A stretch of 64,000 nucleotides of DNA from Chara braunii (lineage: Eukaryota > Plantae > Charophyceae): positions 4,433,157-4,497,156 of the forward strand of contig BFEA01000029.1 of NCBI GenBank assembly GCA_003427395.1, read 5' to 3'. The notes under the pieces are model-generated. The model was not told where the DNA came from. It saw only the letters and a program-made list of their open reading frames with translations, and ran no database searches. Shown here piece by piece: positions 39,853 through 52,210 of this stretch (the first letter of the stretch is position 1; each line of letters opens with the position of its first letter). The translations under genes were made by a program, and so were the position numbers.

Positions 39853-42766
39853 GATAGTGGGGGTGAGTTCCAGGTCGGAACTGAAATCTCCTATGGCAAG
39901 CCTTAAGGACAGTTGTGCAAGATAGCCAACGCGGGCCACGTCTGACTTTTATGCCTTGGGGGATGTCATCGCCATCCTCGCGAGTTTCGTTGCCGAGGCC
40001 GGACTCGGATTTGGTGAACTGGCGGAACACTATGTGTGTCGCGTTGCCAAATTAATCGCTGGCATCGCTCGTGACAAGCCTCAGAGTCAGACGAAGCGGG
40101 CCTCAGGCGTAGGCTGTGTGCTCGCTGCTCGGCCTCAGTCTGAGTTCATCGAACGAACCCCACGGCTCGGTACTCGCTGTCCTGCTGGCACTCAGAGCAC
40201 AGGGTTCGAGGTCAGTAGGGGGCGAGCGCGTGCCACGAGGCCGCCGTCAGGCAGTGAAAAGGCAACACGAGGCAGTAGGGAGGGAAGTCTGTCTCAATGA
40301 TGACAACACCGGGTTCGGAGATGACGTGGCTCGTGTGTGAGCTGGGGAATTGAGAGGGAAAAGGGATCGCGCTTAAGGCTCGTTCAAGGTCCCACTCACA
40401 GACACATTTGTTTCCAGTCCGAAAGGGGAATTTTGGAGGGTTGGGGCGGGGTCGTGCGAGAAGACAGACGTTTTTCCACTCCCAGTATTCACGGAACCGT
40501 CGATGTCTCAGGCTTTCCCGATCCGTGGCGTGGAAGGGAGTCCCATCATCCATGCTATCGAAAATTTGTGACTTTAGATATGGACTCGAGCGTGGGTCTT
40601 GTAGACATGCATGTGGGCAACGCCCTTTTTGGCTGAGCCTACATGTATGTGCACGAGATCACGTTCGCAATCGGTATGATCGGATCGACTAACTATCCTT
40701 TGGTCGGAAAATCGTCTGATCAGTGGACATGCCAGCCCTACATGTGGCACTTATGCTCTCGAGTGCGCGTGTCAAGAAACAGACATTAGGAAGATAATCA
40801 GAGGGTAATCACACATTTGGATCAGTTATCCACTTATCAGCCAAGGCATATATCAGCCAGGACCGCCGAGTTTTCGTTAGACTTTCCTTTCCGCTCAAAA
40901 AGGAATGGGAAACTAACATGCATACTACGTGTGATCCGGCAGAGACAGTGTCAACAATCGGGCGATTGGCCTGCCCGGTAACTTTGTTCGTAGACGCATT
41001 TTCCTAATACTCATGCATCAATCGAACTCGAGGGCCGTGCGAATTTCCAGAAAAGCATAAACAAGAGTTCGACAAAGGTTTATGCATCAAGCCATGTAAC
41101 GGAAGAAAACTACATCATCATAACCCAATCTCACTGAGGTCACGAGCAGACAATCGTCGCATCTGATCTCACCATACTGAAGTGAAACAGGAGTGAGGAG
41201 GGAAAATCAAACCGATTACTAAGAAAAACACGAACCAGGGATAGTCATGAGTAAAAGAGGGTCGACGCCACTTATCAAAACTATATAGACGAGAAAAAGA
41301 AGGACACCATCCCACACACAAGATCCGAAGGTTGGCAAATCCGTACTATGCATGAGGAGCGCATCCAACCTGAGCGCAAAATGGGGACTAGAAAGCGACG
41401 AAATTTGAATTAAGCTAGCATCCAAAGATTGCGTGAGGAGGGGTGAGGGAAGTCCGCGAGTTCGTTCCACACACACCATAAGTAGAAAATCCGAGACGAT
41501 TCGCAAGGAGATCCGAAATGGCCGCAACAAGATCGACCATCAAAATTTATACAGAGGGTTAGAGGAAGGCATCGTCCCATACACACATCTCTCTCTTTCT
41601 TTCTCTCCACACCACATCACCTCCGATGTGGGCAGTCCGTCGCCTCGCACCAACACCGAGTCGTCACCCCGCTTAGTCTGAGCACGCAAGCTAAGTTCGC
41701 CTGTGCGCCACAGTCCGTCGTGGCCTGCACGTCAACCCCGCCTACCCGGCACCAGCTCATCGGGTCGCCCGACTCACTTCTGCTCATCTTCCCACTTACT
41801 CGTTAGCCGATCCTCACTGACCGCGCTAACTTCCAAATTCTTAGAGAGAAAACTAATCGCGCTTGTGAAATTTATAGCGTGCATGCTTGCGCGAGGAACC
41901 CGGGATTATGCCCAAGTGAGGGGAAGGGGAAGAGAAGGAAGTGCCTACGCCTGCATGGCCAAGCTGCGGCGTGGGGGACGCAGCCACACTCCACGCATCA
42001 ATCCGGTAATTCAGTCGCTCCGGCCAATTAGAGTGGAGGACGAGGTATGCACGACAGAGGGGGAGAAGGCGGGGAAACACGAGAGAATCAAGGAGTACAG
42101 TTACGATCGCGCCTGCCAAAAAATACAGTTACACGCAGGATTAAGGGCGCGATACAGTCAGAGCCCAGTCCCCACTGCGGTGAGAGGTGCGCAAGCAAGA
42201 AGCGTGGCGCAACAAGATTTCAGACTTCCTAAATTCCTAGTCTAAATCCTATTTGCAAAAAGAAATTCCGAAAAGACAGAAAAACAATTCCGAGAGCCCG
42301 TCATCCGTTGTAAATTTGAAAAACGACATTCCCGCGTGCTAATCGCGCCAAAATTCCCATCTTCCACAGCAGAACAAGAAAAAAGCTATGGCAACTGTTA
42401 TTTATCTCGCTCACTAAGGCGCGGTCACTCAATCGTCTGCGCAGGACTTTCCCGCCCCGGTCCCGAAAGCCAAAAAGAAAGAAGGAAGGGTATCCATGCA
42501 ACTTGTTCAGCCGACCCATATCTATGCATTCCACCCGACCAACCAGTCCCCAACTCCCGAAGCCGCTTCACGCAGAAAGTAGTGCGATTACGGAAAACAG
42601 TTCGTCACATGCTCTTGCTGGCACGGTGTTTACCGGTAAGAGCATCATTTAGGTTCGCGTGCAACTGGTGGTTTAATCTGATATTAGGTGAGAGGTGCGG
42701 CAGGGAGGGAGGTAGCAGGCTGCCGAAGTCAGGAAGTAGGAAGCAGTGTCTCCAGTGGGGCATACA
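39853..42766. mobile_element. Probable LTR/5' non-coding part of a Gypsy element, possibly displaced by the LINE
   Basis: Non-coding and TE-like in composition, lying beyond the PBS-like motif of the 25.6-33.6 kb element; it ends in ...ggggcataCA. No second LTR copy was found to confirm it. Confidence 0.3.
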
Positions 42767-43845
42767 AGCTGATTAGTCAATCCTTCATTGGAAGCGGGTA
42801 AGCAGTGTTAAATTCCCTTTATTGTTTTGGAGTTGAAGTTGTGGCTTCTGTGTTTACATGGATGGGGAGCTTGACCCTATTTCCAGCAGGTGCAGCTGCC
42901 CACCAATAATCATAATAGACTTGAGCCATCAGGACTTCATCTCTGGGCTGCTCTTATGATCGACCAAGGGATGGGGGCCTATCACTGATGTCAATAAAAG
43001 GAAAACAAAAGGCTGTGTGGTCGGGCCCCTGCGTCCAGAAGAGGCAAATCGAAGGACTGCCACCCATCCCACAATTGCCCGGGCCCTTCACAAGCAAGCC
43101 ACGACGATGCGCGGATTCGAGATCCTACGATGAGGACGGTTAGCACTTGGCCTACTCTTTCGCTCGAATCGATTTATTTGCCTGTACCTGTCTTTGCTGT
43201 CATCTGTTAATCGTTTATTATTGAGGGGTACTGTCGCAAATAGGCTGGGGTGGAAGCGTGTTGCAGGTTGGGGTGGAAGCATTTTGTCCTGAATCTGCCA
43301 CTGAAAGTGTACATGCCCTTCGGGTACAGCCAGGTGCATAGCCTGTAATAGACTTGGCCCTTTCAAGAATTATTACCTATTTGTACATGTCATCTTGCGT
43401 TCGCAGATGTCCCCAAGAACACAGTTCCCAAAGAAAAAAGAAAAAAGAAAAAAGAAAAAAAAGAAGAAAAAAAAGAAAAAAAGAAAAGAGAAAAGAAAAG
43501 AACACAGTTCCTATCCGGGCTTTGGATTTGATGACGGTAAGGGCAACTTGACCGCAACTACCGGTAGGACATTTGTGGATGTACTTGACCGCAACTACGG
43601 GCAGTCGTGGATGTATTTGACCGCAATTATGTCCACAGATCAGTCGAAAAAAGTTTTGTAGAGCACGTGGCTGCCATCTCTGTGCTAGGGTCTCTACATT
43701 GAGAGGAGGGACGCCTCCTCTCCTCTCCTACTCCGCGCACACTGGATAGAGGTCTTGGCTGCATCTTGCGTTCATGAGACTCACAGCAGGCCAGGGGCAG
43801 GCTCCTGCTTGCCACGTATATATATATACTTGATGATATATATAT

Positions 43846-43912
43846 CTATTTGACGATATATATCGTCACAAATAGAACTGCCATATACGGTTTTCCGGGC
43901 AGTTCTATTTGA

Positions 43913-43947
<35 letters not shown>

Positions 43948-44168
43948 GCCTCCTGATGAGTCGGTGAAACTCCGACGAAACAGTTTGTCACAGCCCCTCG
44001 TTTGTTGTCCTCTCCTCTCTCTCTGCCTACGGTTTACCGGGCAGTTCTGTTTGTGACGATATATATAAATACACAGCCCCTCGTTTGTTGTCCTCTTCTC
44101 TCTCTCTGCCTAATGTTTACCGGGCAGTTCTGTTTGCGACGATGCAGTTCTGTTTGTGACGATATATA
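43846..44168 (+). mobile_element. Second stack of hammerhead retro-units in (TA)n, including one inverted fragment
   Basis: Longest unit at 43944-44059 (ttcagcctcCTGATGAgtcggtgaaactccgacGAAAc...tgtgacga) is near-identical to the 1511-1624 unit. Shorter 3'-coterminal pieces start at ~43846, 43886, 44072 and 44144; an inverted piece lies at 43862-43882. Confidence 0.85.
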
Positions 44169-44400
44169 GTCTACAATATAGACATATTATAGACATTATT
44201 ATATACCCTCGATCTTCTTTATCTACGGCTACTATCTAGGGACCTTACCCCAGCAGCAGTACGCCAACTGTGATATCTTTGATATCTTTTCCTTCTTCGT
44301 CTTCTTCTTCCTTTTTGCGGGCAACGGCCTTGAAGAAATCATCAAACGGACCAGTCCTACTGTAGGTAATTCAGAATTGTAGTATGTCACTCATTTGCTT

Positions 44401-44466
44401 CCATTGGTAATCGAACCCGGGTCTGTGGTTCAACAGTTAGGCGATGTACCAACTGAGCTACCAGCC
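44401..44466 (-). mobile_element. tRNA-like SINE head (family 2)
   Basis: Minus strand ggctggTAGCTCAGTTGGtaca...acagacccgGGTTCGATTACC has A and B boxes but no complete cloverleaf; similar to 53449-53515. Confidence 0.55.
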
Positions 44467-44856
44467 AAATTGGTGAATCTCATCTTCTCTGTGAAGTAGT
44501 GAACTATACGCACCTATTCCAGGCAAACACATTTCAGGCAAACACAGCAAACAACTGGGTTCCCAAAAGGAAAAAAAGAAAAAAAAGAAGAAGAAAGAAA
44601 ACAACTGGTTCTAAGGACTCGTCTAGGTTCCCGAAAAAAAAAAGAAAAAAAAAAGGTCTCGTCCAGGTCGAGGTCCCAACGACTTGGTTTCTTGTTGTTG
44701 GTTCTCAATGATTGACTGTCATTGAAACGAGGATCGACGAGGATCAAAGAAGATCAACGGTCAGGAAAAAATAAATAAAAAGAAAAGAAGAGAGGAAAAG
44801 GAAAGAAAATCCAGTCACGTGGTGCGAAGACAGAAACACACCCACACCCACCCACC

Positions 44857-44895
<39 letters not shown>

Positions 44896-45586
44896 ACACA
44901 CACGCACACAAACACAAAAAAATTCTTTCGAAACACGGGGCCAAGTCCCATTAGCAGCGTTGAGTTTTATCAACGCCTGAATCTGGACTTGTTTGTGGAG
45001 ATGTGAGGTTGAGGAAACTCGACACCATTTCTGCACGTCTCCTCAAACACGACCAGGTTCAGGCATTGAGCAAACTCGACCCCGCTAGTGGGACTTTGCC
45101 CCCGGGTCTAGGAACACACTGGAGAAGGCGAGAAAAGAAGGCTTTTTTTTTTTTTTTTTTTTTTTCCACAAGGGGGGGGGGGTTTTCCTCGCAGTCTGAG
45201 CGCAAAGCTTCCTCGGCCGGGCGTTTTTCATCATGGTATTGAGAAGTCGGACCCCACCTCTCTTTTTCGAAGCGCAAGCGGAGGCCACGGCATAAGGTGC
45301 GCACGAGCCCGTTCTGATCGGACCGATTTTTTTCTTTTTTTCTTTTTCCCGTTATGTTCAAAAGTTAACGAGGAAAATTTGAAAGGGAATTCGAAAAAAA
45401 AGATTGCTTGGAAGTTGGAAGCTGGAAGTATGAACTGCGAAAGTACGTTGGCTAATTGGTATGCACATCGAACTGTTGATAAACTGATCAAGAGTTTCAA
45501 TACAGCAATGTTTCCCTTTCACCCCCCCCCCCAAAAAAAAGACGAAAAAGAAAAAGAAATCCCTGCTGTAACATTTCCCCTCCGCG

Positions 45587-45623
<37 letters not shown>

Positions 45624-45770
45624 NNNNNNNNNNNNNNNNNNNNNNNNNNNNNNNNNNNNNNNNNNNNNNNNNNNNNNNNNNNNNNNNNNNNNNNNNNNNN
45701 NNNNNNNNNNNNNNNNNNNNNNNNNNNNNNNNNNNNNNNNNNNNNNNNNNNNNNNNNNNNNNNNNNNNNN
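45624..45770. other. Assembly gap (others at 48418-48507, 50814-50853, 55719-55974)
   Basis: Runs of N, mostly inside microsatellites. Confidence 0.99.
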
Positions 45771-45832
<62 letters not shown>

Positions 45833-45961
45833 GAACATCATTTGATGTAGCCGCATCAATTTTTATCACATTGTCTCCGTGTGTGTGTGTGGAGAGAGAG
45901 AGAGAGAGCGAGAGAGGCGAACATCATTTGATGTAGTTGCATCAATTTTTATCACATTGTG

Positions 45962-46053
<92 letters not shown>

Positions 46054-47840
46054 CCTTTTCAGAATTGACAGTGATGAAGCGAGACCTTCTGTCTCTCTGT
46101 CTCTGTCTCTGTCTCTGTCTCTGTCTCTGTCTCTCTTTCAGGTACACACATACACACACGAGTACACACAAACACAGGCATGCACACAAATACACACACA
46201 CACACATACACACACATACACACACATACACACACATACACGCACATACACACAGCCCTCCGTCCCGCATATCTGCTTTCGCCTTCAATCCCTGGTCGAC
46301 AGTCTCTCCGAGCTTGGGCAGTGAGCGTGCGATTTAATGGTAAGGGGCAAGTTCAATGCACATGACAATGACAATGACAACAATGGCGATGGCGATGGCG
46401 ATCTCTCTCGCAGTCGCCATCGCTGCTGGCAAAGTGGATGACGACCACATTCTGATTGCGTCAGCAGCGGGGTCGGCCACAAGGATCACGGCTAAGAAAA
46501 AATGGCAACCTTGTTTCCTATGTGGTCTTTTTTTTTTTGCCCCCCCTTTTTTTTGGGGGGGGGTGGGGGTTCTTTTTTACCCTCCGCCGCCGTTTCGTTC
46601 TCGCCAGCGTGGATGGACCGTTTCCTCCTCGTCTCGGCTATCATCGTCGCTCAGCTTATTTTACAGTGCATTTTTTTTTTTTTTTTTTTTTTAATAATTT
46701 AATTTAAATGCTGTGCTTTGGACCGTCCGGCTCTTTCAGCAGAGATGATTCGAGACGTGGCAGCCGTTAAAATTGTTGGAATTATTCTAGGTTTCTTTCT
46801 TTACTTTTGATTTCTTTAATTTTAATTTCAGGAGATTAGCTTGGCCCTTGTTCAAGGGTGAGACGCGGAAATGAAGAAATCAAAATTAAAGAAAAGAAAC
46901 CTAGAATGAGAACGGTGAAAAAAAAAAAAGGAGAAAAAAAAAAAGAAAAAAAGAATGAGAACGGTACAGAAAATTACCGCATCGTCGCCTCTGCGCAAGG
47001 CTGGCGCGCACTGACCGTCCCCTCTCTCTGTCTCTCTCTCTCTCTCTTTCTTTCTCCCAAAAAAAAAAAAAAAAAAAAAAAGGAAAAACTGAGCTTCGCA
47101 GGGTGCAATTTCGCCAGTGAGCCAAGCTTGCTGAGCATTTTTTTTTAATAATGAATTTATTTTTAAGGCCTTGATGATAACGGCTGTTCATCTCGTGTCT
47201 TCTTTTGCAGCATGCATCGTGGATCATCTTTTTTTTTTTTTTTTCCCTTTTTTTTTTTCACAATTTGTAATTTTTAAAAGATTTAATGACGTTGAGTATA
47301 CGTTTGAGAAAGAGAAAGTCAAGAAAGCGGCTGGAATACTCGCAGCATTTTTTTTAAGAAGACAATTTCTTTCTTTCTTTTTATTTTTTATTTATTTATA
47401 AGCGCCTGTGTCTCGATCGCTTCCTCCGTTTCTGCGGCAAATGCCCCTGAGTATTTATAAGCGTTCCTGAGTTAACGTCGTCGGTGCATATTTTGCTGAT
47501 GTGGCACGACTGCCTTTTCCCCCCCTCCGAACACAAAGCACCCTCCTTTTTTTTTTTTTTTTTTTTTTTTTTTTGATGTACAACAAGGCGCACCTTCATT
47601 ATGACGGCATGGAACCGGAAGGATAGCTTGTATACATTCATTCATAAGGCGGGTGCGTTGTGTTCGGGGGAAAACATTGGTCTACATTTTCCTCGCAGTT
47701 GTGTGGCATGGCTGAGCGGCAGATGGCTAGCTGAGCGACGGATGGGGGGGGCGCGTGACGATGCGGACCTGGAGCGAAAAGTAATTAAAGTTTTGTTTTA
47801 AAAAAAAAAAAGAAAAAAAAAAAAGAAAAGTAACAGCAGT

Positions 47841-47932
47841 GTCTTTCGAGACATCCGTTAAAAAATTGGATCGATACAGAGAATGAAGATTAGCATGGCG
47901 CCACACACAAATCGAGAAATGGTCCAAATTTT
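47841..47932 (+). pseudogene. U6 snRNA retrocopy with deletion in the ISL
   Basis: gtctttcgagacatccgttaaaaaattggatcgatACAGAGAatgaagattagcatggc...aaatcgagaaatggtccaaatttt matches plant U6. An A-tract follows, and aaagtaac occurs on both flanks (TSD-like). Confidence 0.85.
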
Positions 47933-48861
47933 ATATTAAAAAAAAAAAAACAAAGTAACGACGCCGGCCGTGGAAGAGATGAAATAGGTGGAGGAATTAT
48001 TCACGGAGAGGATTGGAAAAAAACTTAAAGAAATGATAAAGCCTTCTTTTTTTTTTTTTTAAAGGGTTGAAAAACCCCGATGTGTGCGGATTAAAAAACG
48101 CTGATGCGAGGGAGAGAATGAGGAAAAGAGGAGAGGAGGGATCGTGGTGGCGGCAAACAGGAAGAAAGAATGCAGAGAGAGAGGTAAGAAAGAAAAAATG
48201 CAGAGAGAGGTAGAGAAAAAAGGGCTTTTTTTATCATTTCATTATCCCCAGCCATTCCCCTTTCCCCCTGTTTCTCCCTCATATCCCCTTATCCCCAGCA
48301 TTTAACTCTCCGTTAAATCACCCACCCCTTTTCGCCATCTCCCTCTTTAAATGATCAGGGTCCCCCCTAATTCCGCCCCACAATTCCGCTCGTTCCCCTC
48401 GTTCCCCTTGTTGCCCTNNNNNNNNNNNNNNNNNNNNNNNNNNNNNNNNNNNNNNNNNNNNNNNNNNNNNNNNNNNNNNNNNNNNNNNNNNNNNNNNNNN
48501 NNNNNNNCGACTCAATTACTTCCCACGCCCCCGGCTTTTTTTTTTCCTTCTTTTTTTTTTGGGAGTTTCTTTTTTTACCGTCGTTCCCCTGGTCCATTTT
48601 TTTTATGTTCAGTATTCCATTTTCTTTTTATCATTGCCGTATTCCGTCTAGCTGTTTCATTTCCGTTTTCACCCCCCTTTTTTTTTCCCCCTCTGCTCTT
48701 TAGTTTGCGCTCACGCTATCCCCCTCTTACACTCCAATAGTTAACACCTGCATTGCCCTCTTTCACTATTTTAGTATTTATATTTTTTTCTACATTCGCC
48801 TTTTTTTTTTTTTCCCCTTACATTCGTTTTTTTTTTTGAATTTTTAATCCCGCTTTGAATG

Positions 48862-49071
48862 TGGACCATTTCTCGATTTATGCGTATCATCCTTGAAAGC
48901 GCTTCAAGGGCCATAGTAATTTTACGTTTCTTTAAAAAAAAAAAAAAAAAAAAGACACTACTAATTACCCTTCTCTGTATCGTTCCCTTTCTTTTTTTTT
49001 TTTGTCTTTTTTCTTTTGGTTGAGCGTTTGGTTGAGCGTTCCCATATATTAACCGATGTCCCGAAGAGGAC
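48862..49071 (-). pseudogene. U6 snRNA variant copy disrupted by two insertions
   Basis: Minus strand gtcctcttcgggacatcggtt...gggaacgatACAGAGAagggtaattag...atggccc...gcgctttcaaggatgatacgcataaatcgagaaatggtcca. Confidence 0.85.
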
Positions 49072-49483
49072 ATTCGCCTTCTTTACGCAGCTCTCTTTTC
49101 CGTTCATGCTCGTCTCCCCGTCAGGCCATTCGTGCACTAAGAAACGGTTGCAACTGAAGGTGGTCGTAATCACGAGCAGATAAGTCCAGGAAAACCGTAG
49201 GGCGAGTAGTATGCCTTCAACCTCTTCCTTCTCATTCGCCTTTCCTCCTGCGTTTTTTTTTTTTTTTTCAATTACCTCCTGCGTTTTCACTCCTTGCTGT
49301 CATTTGCATTTTTTTGGTTCCCTGTTGATGTTCCCCGCATTCTGATTTCCCCACCGCGCGGGCGGGGCGGGCGGGCCTAGGGGCTGGGGGTTGGGGGGAG
49401 CAGATGGCCGATGCAAATGATTTGCCAATGCCAGGGCCAACTCCATCGGCATTCTCATTCACCCAATTCTGTCAAACTCCTCC

Positions 49484-49886
49484 GTCTTTGTCCCCGTTTG
49501 TCCCCGTTTGTCCCCGTTTATGCCTGCTAGTCCTCGTTAGTTCTCGCTTCTTCCCTGTTTTTGTCCACATTTGTGCCCGTTTGTCCCCACCTCCCTGTCC
49601 CCGGTTATCCCCGTTTATCCCCGTTTATCCCCGTTTATCCCCGTTTGTCGCCGTTTACGTTTATCCCCGTTTGTCCCCGTTTGTCCCCGTTAATCGCCGT
49701 TTGTCGCCGTTTACCGCTGTTTGTCGCCGTTTGTCGCCGTTTACCGCCGTTTGCCCCCGTTTGCCCCCGTTTGCGCCCGTTTGCGCCCGATTGCGCCCGT
49801 TTGCGCCCGTTTGCGCCCGTTTGCGCCCGTTTGCGCCCGTTTGTCCCCCGTTTGTCCCCGTTTGTGCCCGTTTCTCCCCCGTTTGT
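49484..49886. repeat. 10-bp minisatellite
   Basis: Roughly 35-40 units of (t/g)ccccgtttg with variants ttatccccgt, gtcgccgttt and gcgcccgttt. Confidence 0.9.
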
Positions 49887-50112
49887 CCTGCAGCGGATTT
49901 GCCGGATCCCAGGGGCAATCCATCGACTTTCCGCCTGCACGTTTTCTGAGGCTTAGCGAAATTCATACGATGCGTATCCAGAAAGCAAGCAGCGATGGTC
50001 GCGTCTTGCCTCTGCTCAACATTCTCCCCTCTTGTCCGTCTGCTGTGCTTCGATTGGAAATCATACATGTGCTGCGCAAGAAAGCGAAGAGCAATTGCTT
50101 CTCTCTCTCTCC

Positions 50113-50184
<72 letters not shown>

Positions 50185-50372
50185 GCTCCAGATGCTGCCG
50201 TGTTGCTGTGTCTATTGCGGGTGTGTGGTTTTCGTTCCTGATACTGATTCTGAAACCTAGCTCTGGGTTTCTCCTTCCGCTTGCTCATGGTTGTTTCAAC
50301 CGTGGTGGTTCATCGCTGTCTGTCGTTCTTTTTCATCCTATTTTGGTTCTATTAGTGTTGAAGAACTATGTT

Positions 50373-50501
50373 ATCCTTCGGGACACCCGTTAAAATTGGA
50401 ACGATACAGAGAAGGGTAATTAGCAAAATGGTCCCTGCGCTTCCAAGGATGACACGCATAAATCGAGAACTATGTCGTTCACTTAATTTCGATTTTTTTT
50501 T
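50373..50501 (+). ncRNA. U6 snRNA variant (gene or pseudogene)
   Basis: atccttcgggacacccgttaaaattggaacgatACAGAGAagggtaattagcaaaatggtccctgcgcttccaaggatgacacgcataaatcgagaa, then a diverged 3' end and a T-run. Confidence 0.8.
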
Positions 50502-50760
50502 AACAAATTCGGTGAAATCGGACGGAGCACCTTTCTGCGGGCTTTCCTGGCCCATCTGTGTTATTTAAACAGGACGTGGCGGTATAAAAAGGATTATCTT
50601 GTCAAATGTAACAAAATGGCTCTCCGCTTTCGCTTGTCGTTGAACCCAAAAAAAAACGTCAAATTTCACGAAACTATCCTTTTTTTCTTCTTCTTGTGGT
50701 TTGGTTTTGCTCATCCCTTGTTCCTTTGACTCGTTGGTCTGTCTATTTGTCCCCCCCCCC

Positions 50761-50813
<53 letters not shown>

Positions 50814-50853
50814 NNNNNNNNNNNNNNNNNNNNNNNNNNNNNNNNNNNNNNNN

Positions 50854-50904
<51 letters not shown>

Positions 50905-51121
50905 TTTCTTTTGGTATGGTTTTGCTCACCCCTTGTTCCTTTCATTCGTCGGTCTGTCTATTTGGTTCTCTCTCTCTCTCTCGGTGTGTCTTGGTGGTGG
51001 TCGTGGTCGTGGATCGAGATTTTTGGGTTCAATTTTCACAGTCATCATAGGGACAGGTTTTTTTTCTCGGCTATGATTTCGGATCGCAAGGCGGCAATCG
51101 TTCTGTAGCGGAAAGCAGAAC

Positions 51122-51480
51122 TTGAATGCACCTGGACAAAAAATTGTCCACATGCATTCAAATGTGTTGCTCACTTGGCTCTCAATCGAATAAAAAAAGG
51201 GCAAGAGGAGGTACGTTCTATCATGCAGCCCCCCCATGACGCTCCCCTTTTGTCTTTTTGCCCCTTTTTTTTTTTTTNTTTCGGTCTGTCTTTTCGTTTG
51301 CATTGCCATCGAAAGACGTGTGCTAAATTAAAAAAAAAAAAAAAGACGTGTGCTAACTAGTAGTGATGCTTCTTGCATTTGCTCAAGTAGTAGTTGATAC
51401 GGTATCAACCAACGCAATGCTATGGTATCAATCAACACATTTGAATGCATGTGGACAAACTTTTGTCCAGGTGCATTCAA
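51122..51480. mobile_element. MITE with ~48-bp terminal inverted repeats
   Basis: ttgaatgcacctggacaaaaaattgtccacatgcattcaaatgtgttg ... caacacatttgaatgcatgtggacaaacttttgtccaggtgcattcaa. Confidence 0.75.
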
Positions 51481-51760
51481 ATCTCGGCGGATGGCGAGTG
51501 GTTCAACTAGGCCCTCCTAAATAACTACTAGTCGAGCAAACGTGTTGGGTCGCTGGATTGATATCATCATCATAGTTATTATTATAACTTATACTTTATT
51601 ATAACTTGCTGTAATAACCCATTATACAGTTGGTTAGCCGGATTCGTTCTGAGATGCGTTATAATTTGGCTGTATCTAGTCTGAAACTTGCGCCACATAC
51701 CGCTGTAATGAACGGGCGTTGAAGAGATAATAATAACTTCCGGGTTTTCCGGTGACGTCT

Positions 51761-52088
51761 GGTCGATGGATTGGAAAAATCAGCTCTCTTTAAATTTGGT
51801 GATCATCTTTGTGGGTTTTTTTTTCGTCAATAGGCGGCGGCTAATTTTAGCAAAAGTAGCAGCAGTCGACTACCGTCTTCCCCCGAACACAACGGACCTC
51901 GAAAGTACCTGGACAGGATGTCGGGTCGATGGATTGGAAAAATCCTGTCTTTAAATTTGGTCATCATCTGTGTGGGTTATTTTTTTGGCAATAGCCGGCG
52001 GCTAAGCACCCGTCAAACTGGACAGGATGCCGGATATAGCCCAACCGGATTCAAGCAAGTACCTGTCAAACCTGGACATTGGTGATCA

Positions 52089-52126
<38 letters not shown>

Positions 52127-52178
52127 AATTTGGACCATTTCTCGATTTATGCGTGTTATCCTTGGAAGCGCAGGGGCC

Positions 52179-52210
<32 letters not shown>

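Noticed and set aside
45379-46365. Many ORFs of ERER/LSLS/CVCV/THTH type (also at 582-1425, 49995-51108, 55318-56167, 60083-61109)
   Set aside because: Translations of dinucleotide microsatellites and N gaps.
48914-48960. Insert in U6 as a spliceosomal intron (as in some fungal U6 genes)
   Set aside because: No AG acceptor or branch point placed so that splicing restores U6; this copy has other disabling changes.
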